Shown one piece after another: positions 25,181-37,689 of a stretch of DNA of 64,000 nucleotides. The translations under genes were made by a program, and so were the position numbers. Source of the DNA: Octopus bimaculoides. Its lineage: Eukaryota. How positions within the stretch are numbered: the stretch's first letter is position 1; each line of letters starts with the position of its first letter. Location of the stretch: positions 9,436,787 to 9,500,786 of the forward strand of contig NC_068983.1 of NCBI RefSeq assembly GCF_001194135.2. The letters are read 5' to 3'. The notes beneath the pieces were generated by a model. It searched no databases. It was not told the DNA's origin and saw only the letters and a list, made by a program, of their open reading frames with translations.

Positions 25181-26647
25181 TTAAAATATATAAAAGATAA
25201 AAGAGAAACTACTAATGAGTGTCGTTTTTAAGAGCGTATGATTTCTTTTTTTTTTATATTCTTAGGAAGAATTAGTTTTCTTTTAAACCCGGAGGATATC
25301 ACTTTCTGGCTTACTTGCTTGTGAATGGTAAAAACGTCCGATATTTGAAGCGTTAATTATGTTAACAGTTAAGCACCTTCTGACATGTAGAAATGTTGAT
25401 AGCTATCAGTTCTGAATCGAATACGAGTAAATATTAGCTGACGTCTAGTTCGGATATTATATTGCCACGTCGCCATTAATCAACATTGAAGTGAACAGAG
25501 AAGCCGAATTGAATAAATGTAGCAATGTTGAATCTACATCAGTTCTCTCTATATTTCAATAGAGTCGGTATTGTTCTACATTTATCAAAACAATTTATAA
25601 TATAATTGGAGTAGATGAAAACCCAATTTGTAAACGTTATATGGATGAAAAAGCAATTGTGCAGTTTAATTATTCAGTGTTGTAGAATTATATCGAACTG
25701 CTTAACATATCTAATGCCTAACAAAAGATGATTGGATGTATTGATAGATTATCACGTAAATGTGGATATGTATACATCAACAGCATGTTTAAATCTAAAA
25801 TACCTCAGCAGTTTTCGGTTGCGAGGGTTGGGCTGAAGATTTTACTAATGTAATAATGTAAACAATGTAATTTAGTAAATTGCTGCTCTATAAGTTGATA
25901 CAACCCAGCTATTCATCGGACCGGAATTGATGGATTTATTTGCTTGTAACCATTCAACAGGTCGAATCCACTGCCGTGATTCGCTTTGCTTTTACTCAGA
26001 CAATATCAGCGAATCATTCCAAGAAATCGAAACACTGTTAAAATTTTAATAATATTCCATCGACCGACCTGCTTCAAATAACTGCCTAAAGCCCATAAGT
26101 TCACGCACTAATGTTTTAGGAAATTTTTAAAATACTACATAATGTCAATTTACAGTCCCTTATGATAATAATTCAAATTTGAACACAAGGCTAGCGAAGT
26201 TTGAGAAGAGAGATTGTCGTCAATTAAATCGAACACAGGAGGTTATTAGCACTTTATTTTATCGACCCCTGAAAAGGTTTTTAAATGTAAAGAAGTTAAA
26301 CACATCAAGATATGAGTTCGACCGTAAAGAGCCGGAACTAATACCGCTCTGGGATGTCTTTCAGATGGGTTTTCTGGATTATGACTGTTCTGCAATTATC
26401 AAGCACAATAACACTGTTCCTCTAACAACATTGAGCTGCTTGAATCCCCATATTAATGGTTTAAATTAAAATACTCATGGATATTAATGATCAGGAAATT
26501 TTTTGAAGGCCATATGGGAAATACAGTGATTAACAATGGGATCCATCACTTGGAGTGTGACTCTGATAAAGCAAACGTTAGAGAGAACGTGCATATTAGT
26601 GAATCACGGTCCACGTATTTCATTTTAGACTATATTGATTGGTATGT

Positions 26648-26895
26648 GGAGGCGCGTGGCTTAGTGGTTAGGGTGTCAGCATCATGATCGTAAGATTGTG
26701 GGTGGTTTCGATTCCTGGACCGGGCGACGCGTTGTGTTCTTGAGCAAAACACTTCATTTCACGTTGCTCCAGTCCACTCAGCTGGCAAAAGTGAGTAACG
26801 CTGCGATGGACTGGCGTCCCGTCCAGCTGGGGAACGCATACGCCATTGAAACCGGGAAACCGGGCCCATGAGCCTGGCTAGGCTTTAAAAGGGCG
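26648..26895 (+). mobile_element. tRNA-headed SINE family C with a V-domain-like core
   Basis: A box GTGGCTTAGTGG, B box GTTTCGATTCC. The central gctgcgatggactggcgtcccgtccag resembles the V-SINE conserved domain (recalled, not aligned). Confidence 0.75.
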
Positions 26896-26912
26896 AAGAG
26901 AGATATTGATTA

Positions 26913-26977
<65 letters not shown>

Positions 26978-27274
26978 TGGATATGCATGAGCGTATGTGA
27001 GTGTGTGTTATGTGCTCTTGACTGTACGTGAACCATATTTCTTAACTTAAATACAATAACAGTGTTATTTAATGCAAAGTTTATGGGGCGGCTCCGTAGA
27101 ATTACGTAAAGTAGGAGCAGTAATATAAAAAATGTATTCTAAAGAGAATAACAACGAATAATCGAATATCTATAAATTTTAATTATGTCTCTACTGTATA
27201 TATATATACTTATATATATATATATTGATAGATAGATAGATAGAGATATGACTGTATGTATGTATGTGTGTATA

Positions 27275-27319
<45 letters not shown>

Positions 27320-28077
27320 GCACACACATGCACGCACATGCACACACTCGTATTACTTTCTAAAGTAAGCCGCAAAGATATAAATATATATTTTTATATA
27401 AATAACTGCAAGCTAAATGCCTTTTATCTTATAAATAATGTCGATATGTCGTAAAATTTGAAATATCTTTGTTCTGTAATCATTTTTTTTCCTTTCTTTT
27501 TGTTTTCTTGTTATAGTGTAAATACTTTGCGCCATAATGCTTAAGAACTTAAGGAATTATTGCGAAAAACACGTTGCAGCGACAATATTATTATAGCCGT
27601 ACTTCCCTGCAATGTCTACAACTGGGCCCAGTAGCCTTAGATAAAACAGTCTATTTCAGCAGAATTATGATAGCAAAAGAATTAAAAGTAATTCTCTAAT
27701 AGAATTACTGTGACAGAGTGTAATCAGATTGAATATTTGAATTCCATCTGTAGTTCACCAGACTGTTTCTGCAAGGAATCCATCTACCCGGTTTTACATA
27801 ATCCAAAAGTTCTTTTATAAAGCATCGAACCCAGAACTGAAAGCGAAATTCTTAACTACTCGGCCATAAAGGCTTAGCGGCCCTTACTGTTTGTTTTCAC
27901 TGTCCTTTTTTTGTTACCAACTTTGTTTCTTTCGTTGTTCGCAAAAAAAAGGTCGTATTCCATGTTTTCGTATTTCGTATTTCATGTTTACGTTTTATGA
28001 CGTCCTGTACTCATAGATGCATATGTATATACATATATATGTAAGTATGTACATGTATCTATGTATATATGCATATA

Positions 28078-28124
<47 letters not shown>

Positions 28125-28209
28125 CACACACATATACACACATATATGTGTATGTATATATTCGATATATATATGTGTGTGTAAGCATGTATGTATGTAG
28201 ATAGATAGT

Positions 28210-28257
<48 letters not shown>

Positions 28258-28478
28258 GATGATGTATACATATAAATATAACTGATTATACAAATACATA
28301 TATATTGAAATATATATATATAAATACAAATATATATATGTATATATACATGCATATATACACAGACTCACGCAAACACACACACACAGACAATCACACA
28401 CACAGACAAACACACACACATTTATACACACGCAGATGAACACACACACACAAACACACACATATATATGTTTGCATG

Positions 28479-28860
28479 GTGGAGGCGCAATGGCCCAGCG
28501 GTTAGGGCAGCGGATTCGCGGTCGTAGGATCGCGGTTTCGATTCCCAGACCGGGCATTGTGAGTGTTTATTGAGCGAAAACACCCGAACTTCCACGAGGC
28601 TCCAGCAGGGGGTGGTGGCAAACCCTGCTGTACTCTTTCACCACAACTTTCTCTCACTCTTTCTTCCTCTTCTGTTGTACCTGTATTTCAAAGGGCCAAC
28701 CCTGTCACACTCAGTGTCACGCTGAATCTCCCTGAGAACTACGTTAAGGGTACACGTGTCTGTGGAGTGCTCAGCCACTTGCACGTCAATTTCACAAGCA
28801 GGCTGTTCCGTTGATCGGATCAACGGGAACACTCGTCGTCGTAACCGACAGAGTGCCAAC
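28479..28860 (+). mobile_element. Full-length tRNA-headed SINE family B
   Basis: Head GGAGGCGCAATGGCCCAGCGGTTAGG with GTTTCGATTCCC. Colinear with 61363-61745 and 59589-59930. Confidence 0.9.
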
Positions 28861-28899
28861 CAAAGAACCATGTTTGCATGAATGTACGCATGTATCACT

Positions 28900-29278
28900 T
28901 TTACTCTTTTGTTTCAGTCATTTGACTGTGGCCATGCTGGAGCACCGCCTTTTAGTCGAGCAAATCGATCACAGGACTTATTCTTTGTAAGCCTAGTACT
29001 TATTCTATCGGTCTCTTTTGCCGAACCGCTAAGTTACGAGGACGTAAACACACCACCATCGGTTGTCAAGCGATGCTGGGGGGGGGCAAACAGACACACA
29101 AACATACACACACACGACGGGCTTCTTTCAGTTTCAATCTACCAAATCCACTCACTAGGCTTTGGTCGGCCCGAGGCTATACTAAAGGACACTTGCCCAA
29201 GGTGCCACGCTGTTGGACTGAACCCGGAACCATGTGGTCGGTAAGCAAGCTACTTACCACACGGCCACTCCTACGCCT
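28900..29278 (-). mobile_element. Full-length SINE-A
   Basis: Colinear with 24805-25180. Confidence 0.9.
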
Positions 29279-29736
29279 GTATGCTTGTATACATTTATAT
29301 AAACCGTGCACAATGACAATAATATAGACTGTGTATTTTATTTTGTCTTTGAAGAATGAACTTGCTCTGTTAGATATGTAGCCAGGTCAGTGAAATTCAT
29401 CTATTTCTCCGTTATGTAGAATAATAGATTCCGACGAGTTAGTTGCTTTGCATTAGAATTAGCAGAGGCTTCCATCAAACAGCTGGCCACTTAACCTGAA
29501 TACATTCCGCTGTCAATTCTGCATCAAAGCAAATCCTTTGGGAGTTGCTGAGATGTGAATCAATTCAGTTACACCAATTCTTCTGTTTAATTTAGAACAA
29601 AGGCGACTGTAGCAGCGTCAACAATGACAATCACAGCAACGCTGACGGAGACAGCAACAATGCTACAGAAACAAATTATTGACATATTGGGAATTTCGGT
29701 AAAGCAAATATAAACAACAACAACAACAACAACAAC

Positions 29737-29771
<35 letters not shown>

Positions 29772-30143
29772 TAATAATAGTAATAATAATAATGATAACA
29801 ATTATAATAATGATGATGATGATAATAATAATAATAATGGTGTAAGAATCAAAGTTTGTTGAGAAGAAAAGGAGAGTGGGGAGTAGAAAGGTGGGGAGAG
29901 AGAGAGGAAGAAAGTCGATGTTGGGATTAAGAATGAAACTTGAATATGTCGACGTTGAAAATAAGTTTATAATATTTGTTTGTGAAAGACACAGCGAGGA
30001 GGGGAAACGAAAACGATTCATGGAGGAGGAAGCGAGTTGAAGATGAGAATAATGAAAGATATTACAGGAATGATGAGAAAATAAGTATGAAAAGTAAACG
30101 CTGAATACATATTTCCTTTGAAAGTTTGCTTAACCTAGAGTGA

Positions 30144-30535
30144 TACTCTTTTACTTGTTTTAGTCATTTGACTGCGGCCATGCAGGAGCACCGTCTTTAG
30201 TCGAGCAAATCGACCCCCAGGGCTTATTCTTTGTAAGCCTAGTACCTATTCTATCAGTGTCTTTTCCCGAATCGCTAAGTTACGGGGACGTAAACACACC
30301 AGCATCGATTGTCTTGTGATGTTGGGGGGACAAACGCAGACACGCAAACATATATATACATATACATATATACGACGGGCTCCTTTCAGTTTCCGTCCAC
30401 CAAATCCACTCACAAGGCTTTGTTCGCCTGAGGCTATAGTAGAAGACACCTGCCCAAGGTGCCACGCAGTGTTACTGAACCCGGAACCATGTGGTTGGTA
30501 AGCAAGCTACTTACCACACACCCACTCCTACGTCT
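30144..30535 (-). mobile_element. Full-length SINE-A
   Basis: Colinear with 24805-25180. Confidence 0.9.
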
Positions 30536-30797
30536 GTTTGTTGGTAACAAATCTCTTCTTCTGGGTGTTCTTTTTTGTTTTTGTTTTTGTTGTAGGGAAT
30601 TAGTAATAATGATACACCCATCCCACGTGACGACTGGAATAACGTAGTCACGATAAGTAAAGGGAAGTACGTGAAGTGCTGGAGTACATAGAAGTCGGTC
30701 AGATATAGTCGTGTCTTTACTGGTTTTACTAAGTATACTCTATACTGATGAGGGTGTATTAACAATCCAACATTTTAAGGATTATAACAGTAGCGAG

Positions 30798-30914
30798 GAG
30801 GATGTAAACAACTCACCAGTAATTGATAAACCCGTCGAGGATTTAAACAACTCACGAGGAATTAATAAACTTGACCAGGATAAACCAATTCACACAGAGT
30901 TAATAATCTCACAA
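30798..30914 (+). repeat. ~39-bp minisatellite, about 3 imperfect units
   Basis: gaggatgtaaacaactcaccagtaattgataaacccgtc / gaggatttaaacaactcacgaggaattaataaacttgac / caggataaaccaattcacacagagttaataatctcac. Confidence 0.7.
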
Positions 30915-31674
30915 AGTTAGTGTGCGAATTTTACGAAAAATCGTAAAAGTATGGAAAATTTGTTGGCCAGTTTGCTCGATTTATAAAAACAACAACAACA
31001 GCAGCAGATTCAGCTGCAAGAACAACAGCAGAAGTAACAATAACAATAACTGATTTGACAACAACTAATGTTGCAATTAATGAAGTCGTCAAGAAATTCA
31101 GAAAAAACCTTCTCGCTAGGCTATGTTGCGAACTCGATAACAGTTCAAATATGAACCAGACGAAGGTGAACTTTTTAACGCATATATCTTTACCTTTTTA
31201 GTTTGACCTTGAAATATTTCGTTACATACGAGTCCACCGAAAAATATAACATCTTTCCATAACACCATGTACTATCTTTTTAGATTTACAGCTGGTTTTT
31301 CCTTCTATCATTCATCAGGCAATTTTTTTCTCACATCATATCCTAATATCTAAAAAAAATAACGCATAGAATAAACAGTATAGTACTAGATATAATAAAC
31401 TGTATAAAAATAAAAGAAAACGGAATGGCTTTGATGTAACACCTTTAATTATATGCTTACTCAAGTAGTGCTTACCTGGAGTTTAATGGCTACACGAACA
31501 ATATCTTCGGTGCATTTAGTCTCGCAAACTTTCTGAATATATGTACAATCTTTAGTGGTTTCATCATCTTATGTTCCCCGGGATTCATGAATAAGCTTAT
31601 AAGCACTGCTCCTCATCGAAATTTGACGAAGCTGAAAGAATACAAAGACAAAATAGAAAGTAGATGACATACGG

Positions 31675-31920
31675 TGAAGGTGCATTGCCCAGTGGTTAGA
31701 GTGTTGCACTCACGTTCATCAGGTCGTGGTTTCGAATTCCGGACTGAATGGTACGTTGCGTTCTTGCGCAAGAGATTTCATTTTACGTTGTTACAGTCCA
31801 TTCAGCTGTAAATGAGTTCTAGCAATAACTAGGAAAAAAATCCCGTGATACACATGCGTTCCTTTCAGTATGGATTACTGTATTCTGAGTCACATCCACG
31901 TCATGGAGACCAGGTCTTAT
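31675..31920 (+). mobile_element. Diverged SINE-C copy
   Basis: cccagtggttagagtgttg...gtttcgaattcc...cattttacgttgttacagtccattcagctg parallels 26648-26800. Confidence 0.6.
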
Positions 31921-33416
31921 GACTCCTAAAGTTCATAAGGACCCGAATATAACATACGAACCAATTATTATCCTCGTGTTACTAGTATGTTAGAGAATAT
32001 ATTTTAGTGAGGAATAAACAAAAATATAATAAGTAAACAATAAACAGAATGAATTTCCATAAAATCAATTAACTGGTGACTCCAAGGCTAAGAAGAAACA
32101 AAAGAAGAATGAAAATAACAGGCAAATTCATAAAGCTTATCGCTCGAATTACTTTGTCTCCCAACTTATACATGTACACATACCACCATAGACAGACAGA
32201 TATGCATATTTATATATACGCAAGCATAGAATATTCGTTTGCATGTTATATGTCGTTTGTTCTAAATCGAAGTGCAATGGATTAGCCGAGTGGTTTGACT
32301 GTTGGTTAGATTAAATTGTGGCATTAGTTCCGGCTCTCTGTGTTCAAATAGCGTTCAGGTCAACTTCAATTTCGTCAATTGAAGAACCGCTCAATTACCG
32401 AGGTTGATTCTTCTTCTTTCCTCTTCTTCTTCTTCTTCTTCTTCTTCTTCTTCTTCTCCCTCCACCTCCTTCTCCTCTCTCTCGCCTCTGTCTCTTTTCC
32501 ATCTGACAAAGATTCAGTGAATAGCCTTCTCTAGGGTCCAAATATGCCCGAGGCATATTTGAATTAGTAACAAGTTTATATTTATACACACCATTGCTTA
32601 ACGGTTCTATTGAGTGTGTGTGTGTCGCTGCGCACGTTTGTGTGTAATTATGTATTTATGGTATATATATATATATATATATATATAATAAAATACTTGC
32701 CGGTGGAACTACATTAATACGAACATTATTAAACACATCATCTTGCATAAGATGCGATATATCGGATATAGACTGAGCAATAACCAATAATTTACTTTAA
32801 TCTGTACCTATAATATCTCTATGGAACAATATTATGTGTAATTACCAAATGCTATACAATTACTAAACAATTTCTTTAATTTTATATTAATAATGCATTA
32901 AAGACTTTCTGCAAGTTACAGAAGTAATTTGCATAAGTGGCTCAATGAGGGAAGTAAAGACAATCTTGTTGATTAAATATATTCCTTCGATACCCATAAA
33001 GTTCAATAAATTTGAACATTGATATTGGAGCTGTTTGGTATATCACGCTGATTAATCTCATAGGAGATAAGATGCTAACACTTTATTTTAATTAAATATC
33101 ATACTTGTAATGATTCATTTTTCTCCAAATAATTTCTGATGCTCGCCACCACCGAAAAGAAAGAAGTTTTGTTCTTCCTCGTTGTTACTTTTCTTAACTC
33201 TAACTAAAAATACTTCATGTTCTCAGAAAATTATTCATCCAGAAGTGATATATAGAAGAACATAAATGAACATGCATGTATGTGTGTGTGTGTGCGTGTA
33301 TGTGTGTATGTATGCGTGTGTGTGCGTGTGTGAGTGTGTGAGTGTGTGTGCGTGTGTGTATACATACAGATATATTTTCTCATGTCACACGCCTCAAGTA
33401 AAATAAAACAGATTTA

Positions 33417-33538
<122 letters not shown>

Positions 33539-33824
33539 TGTGAGTTTATATATGTATGTGTATATGTATGCGTGTATGCATGTATGTATGTAGGTAGGTC
33601 GGTCGGTCGGTAGGTACGTAGGTAGGATATATATGAGTGTGTGTTTGTGTTTATATATACGTATTTACATTTGAGTATGTGTTTATATATGTGTGTGTAT
33701 ATATATGCGTGTATGTATGCATGTATGTATGTATGCAGGTAGGTAGGTAGGTAGGTATGCATGTATATCCGCCAGAGATGAAGGCAACTCATTTAGCCAG
33801 CTCATGAATTATATACATTATCTG

Positions 33825-34357
33825 GACAAGCGAGAAAAATGGCAAAACACCCGGTGTCCCTTATTCACAAATGGGATAGAATGTGAGTTACCTCACCTGT
33901 CCATGACTCTCAAGTGCTTTAACAACTGGCACTGTGAGAGTGTATCAGCAACACAACGCTATTGCGGCCACCGAAAGATACACGAAACGTATATATTAAG
34001 TGTATGTATTTAATAATATTTGTTATACCAAAGCTGCTTTTATTTCATATGTGAATTTTCTCTTAAGTATGCAAATTCCGGGTGTGCTAGTACATGGTTT
34101 TACAAGCCATGGTCATATAAGACGTGAGATGGCTAAGTGACCTGTCTTCAATCATGACGGGAACGTGATGTTAATATGCCGCAAAATTAGCGAAACACCT
34201 GGCGTTTATCAGTCCCAAATAGGATAAGTGAGTTATCTCTCGTGTCCATGATGCTGAAGCTTTTTAACACCTGCGGCTTTGAGAGTGTATAAACTCCACC
34301 ACGCTATTGCACCCACCGGAAAATACACGAAGCATATGGTATATATTAAGTATATGT

Positions 34358-34365
<8 letters not shown>
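33825..34365 (+). repeat. Two diverged ~190-bp direct repeats (about 33825-34020 and 34180-34365), each ending in taataat
   Basis: Shared blocks aaacacc.gg.g, ggata..gtgagtta.ctc..tgtccatga, tgagagtgtat, acgctattgc..ccaccg.aa.atacacgaa, tatattaagt.tatgta.ttaataat. Confidence 0.6.
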
Positions 34366-34450
<85 letters not shown>

Positions 34451-34454
34451 TAAT

Positions 34455-34485
<31 letters not shown>

Positions 34486-34649
34486 TACGCAGTGATACAC
34501 ATTGGGAAATTCTAGAAGAACTGAAAATTACACGAAAATCAGAATGGGCTGCCACTGCATAGTGCCAGAGACCCCAGCATCTCCTTCGAATTACAGGATC
34601 AGATGCTGCAACAGTATTCTCCCAAAAACCGTGAGAAACATACATCCGA

Positions 34650-34835
34650 CAGACACGCATACCCTTAACGTAGTTCTCAGAGCGATTCAGCGTGACACAG
34701 ATTGTGATTAGGCTGGCCCTTTGAAATACAGGTACAACTCATTCTTGTCAGGTGAGTGAACTGGAGCAACGTGAAATAGAATCTCTTGCTCAAAGACACA
34801 ACGTACCACCGGGGATCGCACATGCGACCTTACGA
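34650..34835 (-). mobile_element. Chimeric SINE (family C-type head module plus family B-type body)
   Basis: cccttaacgtagttctc..gattcagcgtgacacag..ggctggccctttgaaatacaggtaca (B body) is joined to ctggagcaacgtgaaat..ttgctcaa..acacaacg (C module). Confidence 0.65.
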
Positions 34836-34948
34836 TCGTTCAATACGCAAATTATTAAGCCATATTTTTATTGTCAAACGCAGGATAACGCTAATAATAT
34901 AGCATAAACAGGATAAAGTATCCATATTTTGCAGAAAAATCTGTCGGC

Positions 34949-35020
34949 GGCCAGCGATGAGATTTGAACACACATCCCTGTGACTACGCGTCAAGTGATT
35001 TACCATTAATCTAAACTGCC
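34949..35020 (-). pseudogene. tRNA-Thr(CGT)-like pseudogene, left arm of the palindrome
   Basis: 72 nt: GGCAGTT TA GATT AATGGTA AATC A CTTGA CGCGTAG TCACA GGGAT GTGTG TTCAAAT CTCAT CGCTGGC C. Cloverleaf spacing is intact, the acceptor and anticodon stems are damaged, and a T5 run lies downstream. Confidence 0.6.
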
Positions 35021-35278
35021 CACCGACAAATTATTTTGCAATTTTAGGATATATAAATCCAGATTTATAAGACGCAGTTGTACGTTAAATTCAACGTACG
35101 TTGAAAGTTAAAAGACAAGGTTTGCCTTAGAAGAGTTTGAGAATAAAATGATTTCCTTATCTGTATCTTTCAATACTTCTCAAAGCTTCTACAGCAAACG
35201 TTGTTTGTTGACTTTCAACGTAAGCTAAATTTGACGTACGATAGCGTCATATAAAGCTAGATTTATATATCCTACATT

Positions 35279-35350
35279 TGCAATTTAGCTTAATGGTAAA
35301 GCACTTGACGCGTAATCATAGGGACGTGAGTTCGTGTCTCATGGCTGACC
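35279..35350 (+). pseudogene. tRNA-Thr(CGT)-like pseudogene, right arm of the palindrome
   Basis: 72 nt: TGCAATT TA GCTT AATGGTA AAGC A CTTGA CGCGTAA TCATA GGGAC GTGAG TTCGTGT CTCAT GGCTGAC C. D and T stems pair, and TTTT follows about 10 nt downstream. Confidence 0.6.
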
Positions 35351-35546
35351 GCTGACATAGTTTTCTGAAAAATACGTATAGTTTATCGTGTTCATGCTAT
35401 ATTATTAGTATTATCTTGTCCTTGAGAATAAAATTATTACCTTACTTGTATATATATATTCATATATACACACACACGCACAAATATGAATATATATATG
35501 TATATAGACACACACAAATATATATATACATACACACACACACACA

Positions 35547-35630
<84 letters not shown>

Positions 35631-36235
35631 TTATATCTAAATACGTATAGTGATGTTAATATGTATTTATATTTGTATGTATAAACATTGCATGATCATA
35701 AACAAAGTTTTCATGATCGATTTCTCTATCTTAGAGCAAGTCGTAAACATGTTTGGTGTAGTTATATTCTCATATAGATATTTCATGTAACGTTTACAAA
35801 ATTTCCATCCATTTGTCAACAAGAAAACAGATCTTTGCAACTGATGTATAAGTGTCATGAAAACAGATCAATCATTTATGCAGATTTTGGCGATATGAAA
35901 CCAAACACCGAAAATATATATGTGATACTATGCAACGGGATTACAATTTTATATCTACAACCAAACTTTCTACAGGATATTTTCTCCTTTTCTTCGTCGT
36001 TTGTTCTGTATCAATATCTTACTCGCTGTTATTGTAGTATTGTTAACCCATTTCCTATCTAATATTGTTTTTAATGTTTTATGTTCGTCTTTCTCCTCAT
36101 GAAATACATTTGCGTTCATATAAATTTCTTGTATCATTCCTTCACATATTATATTCAAAGCTATTATCTAATTGTGAGTGCTTGACTGTATCCGTGTATA
36201 TGATTCCGTGTACATGCATGCTAGTGCGTATATAC

Positions 36236-36274
<39 letters not shown>

Positions 36275-36424
36275 NNNNNNNNNNNNNNNNNNNNNNNNNN
36301 NNNNNNNNNNNNNNNNNNNNNNNNNNNNNNNNNNNNNNNNNNNNNNNNNNNNNNNNNNNNNNNNNNNNNNNNNNNNNNNNNNNNNNNNNNNNNNNNNNNN
36401 NNNNNNNNNTATATACATACACGC

Positions 36425-36475
<51 letters not shown>

Positions 36476-36621
36476 TATCTATATATAAGTATATATTGTG
36501 ATGTATGTAGGTATTTATAGCGATATAGTTACGCAGATATATAAGTAGGGAAGTAATGATAAATGATTAGAATATGCAAGCAAAGTCAGAAACGCACAAA
36601 GTAACGTACACAGGTCTGTGC

Positions 36622-36652
<31 letters not shown>

Positions 36653-36653
36653 C

Positions 36654-36702
<49 letters not shown>

Positions 36703-37017
36703 TAAATTTATAAATATATATATGTCTCCATGTGCATTTTCTGTTTATACGTATACATACATTATTTACACAATGTGTGCGTTTGTGTGCGTATGTGCGT
36801 GTGTGCGTGTGTGCGTGTTTGTGCGCATGTGCGTACTTATTGAGAAACATGAAAATTATGTACATATGCACATAAAGGAAATTATGCATATAACACTCGT
36901 ATAAATACACAGTAAAACACATGCACACACATTCATAAATATGCACCAAAGATACACCTACATAGAAGTTCATAGCTGGTCATTCTCGGCTTCGCTTCTT
37001 ATAACTGGCTTTCCGTG

Positions 37018-37195
37018 GCTTACGAAGACGACAGTTCCAGTTAATGCGATCAGTTGACATAGAGAGTTAATGTTAATGTTGTCACTTTGAATTACAGGTA
37101 CAACTCATCTTTGATAATTAGCCAGACTGGAGCAACGTGCAATAAAGTTTCTTGCGCAAAAACAAAACGCGCCATCGGGAATCGAACTCATGAAC
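37018..37195 (-). mobile_element. Diverged chimeric SINE (C head plus B tail), internally deleted
   Basis: ttacgaagacgacagttccagttaatgcgatca (B tail), tttgaattacaggtacaactcat and ctggagcaacgtg...gggaatcgaact (C head). Confidence 0.55.
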
Positions 37196-37401
37196 TTTGC
37201 TTGCATATTCTAACCATTTATTATTACTTCCCTACTTATATATCTTTGACCAATTTGTACATCTAAATATATAAGTGGGGCGTGTGAGAGAAAACGTGTG
37301 TGTGTGTGTGTATGTATGTGTGTGTGTGTGTATGTGTGTGTGTGCGCGTGCGTGTGCTTGTGGGTATGTGAGAGACAAATAGATAGATATAGAGAGATGG
37401 T

Positions 37402-37610
37402 AAGGAGGCGAGCTGGCAGAATCGTTAGCCCACCGGGTGAACTGCTTAGTGTTATTTCGTCTGCCGCTACGTTCTGAGTTCAAATTCCGCCGAGGTCGAT
37501 TTTGCCTTTCATCCTTTCGGAGTCGATTGAATAAATACCAGTTATGCACTGGGGTCGATGTAATCGACTTAATCCCCTTGTCTGTCCTTATTTGTTCCCT
37601 CCATGTTTAT
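37402..37610 (+). mobile_element. Well-preserved SINE family D
   Basis: aaggaggcgagctggcagaatcgttagc...gttctgagttcaaattccgccgaggtcg (B box GAGTTCAAATTCC)...gcactggggtcgatgtaatcgactt. Confidence 0.85.
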
Positions 37611-37689
37611 CTCAGCACGTATATTTTTTTCAGTAGATACACGAAAATATTTACATATTTGTATATATAAAATCATTAACGTAATAACT

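Larger units (their letters stand above)
34860..35440. repeat. ~580-bp imperfect palindrome (arms about 34860-35143 and 35176-35440)
   Basis: Arms align base by base on reverse complementation (e.g. ttacgcgtcaagtg.tttaccattaa.ctaaa.tgc; taggatatataaatc.ag.tttata.gacgc; tacgttgaaagt). Confidence 0.85.

Noticed and set aside
24736-25184. Recurrent 70-140 aa ORFs (also at 28882, 30246, 41054, 46236) with similar peptides
   Set aside because: They are translations of SINE-A copies, not a gene family.
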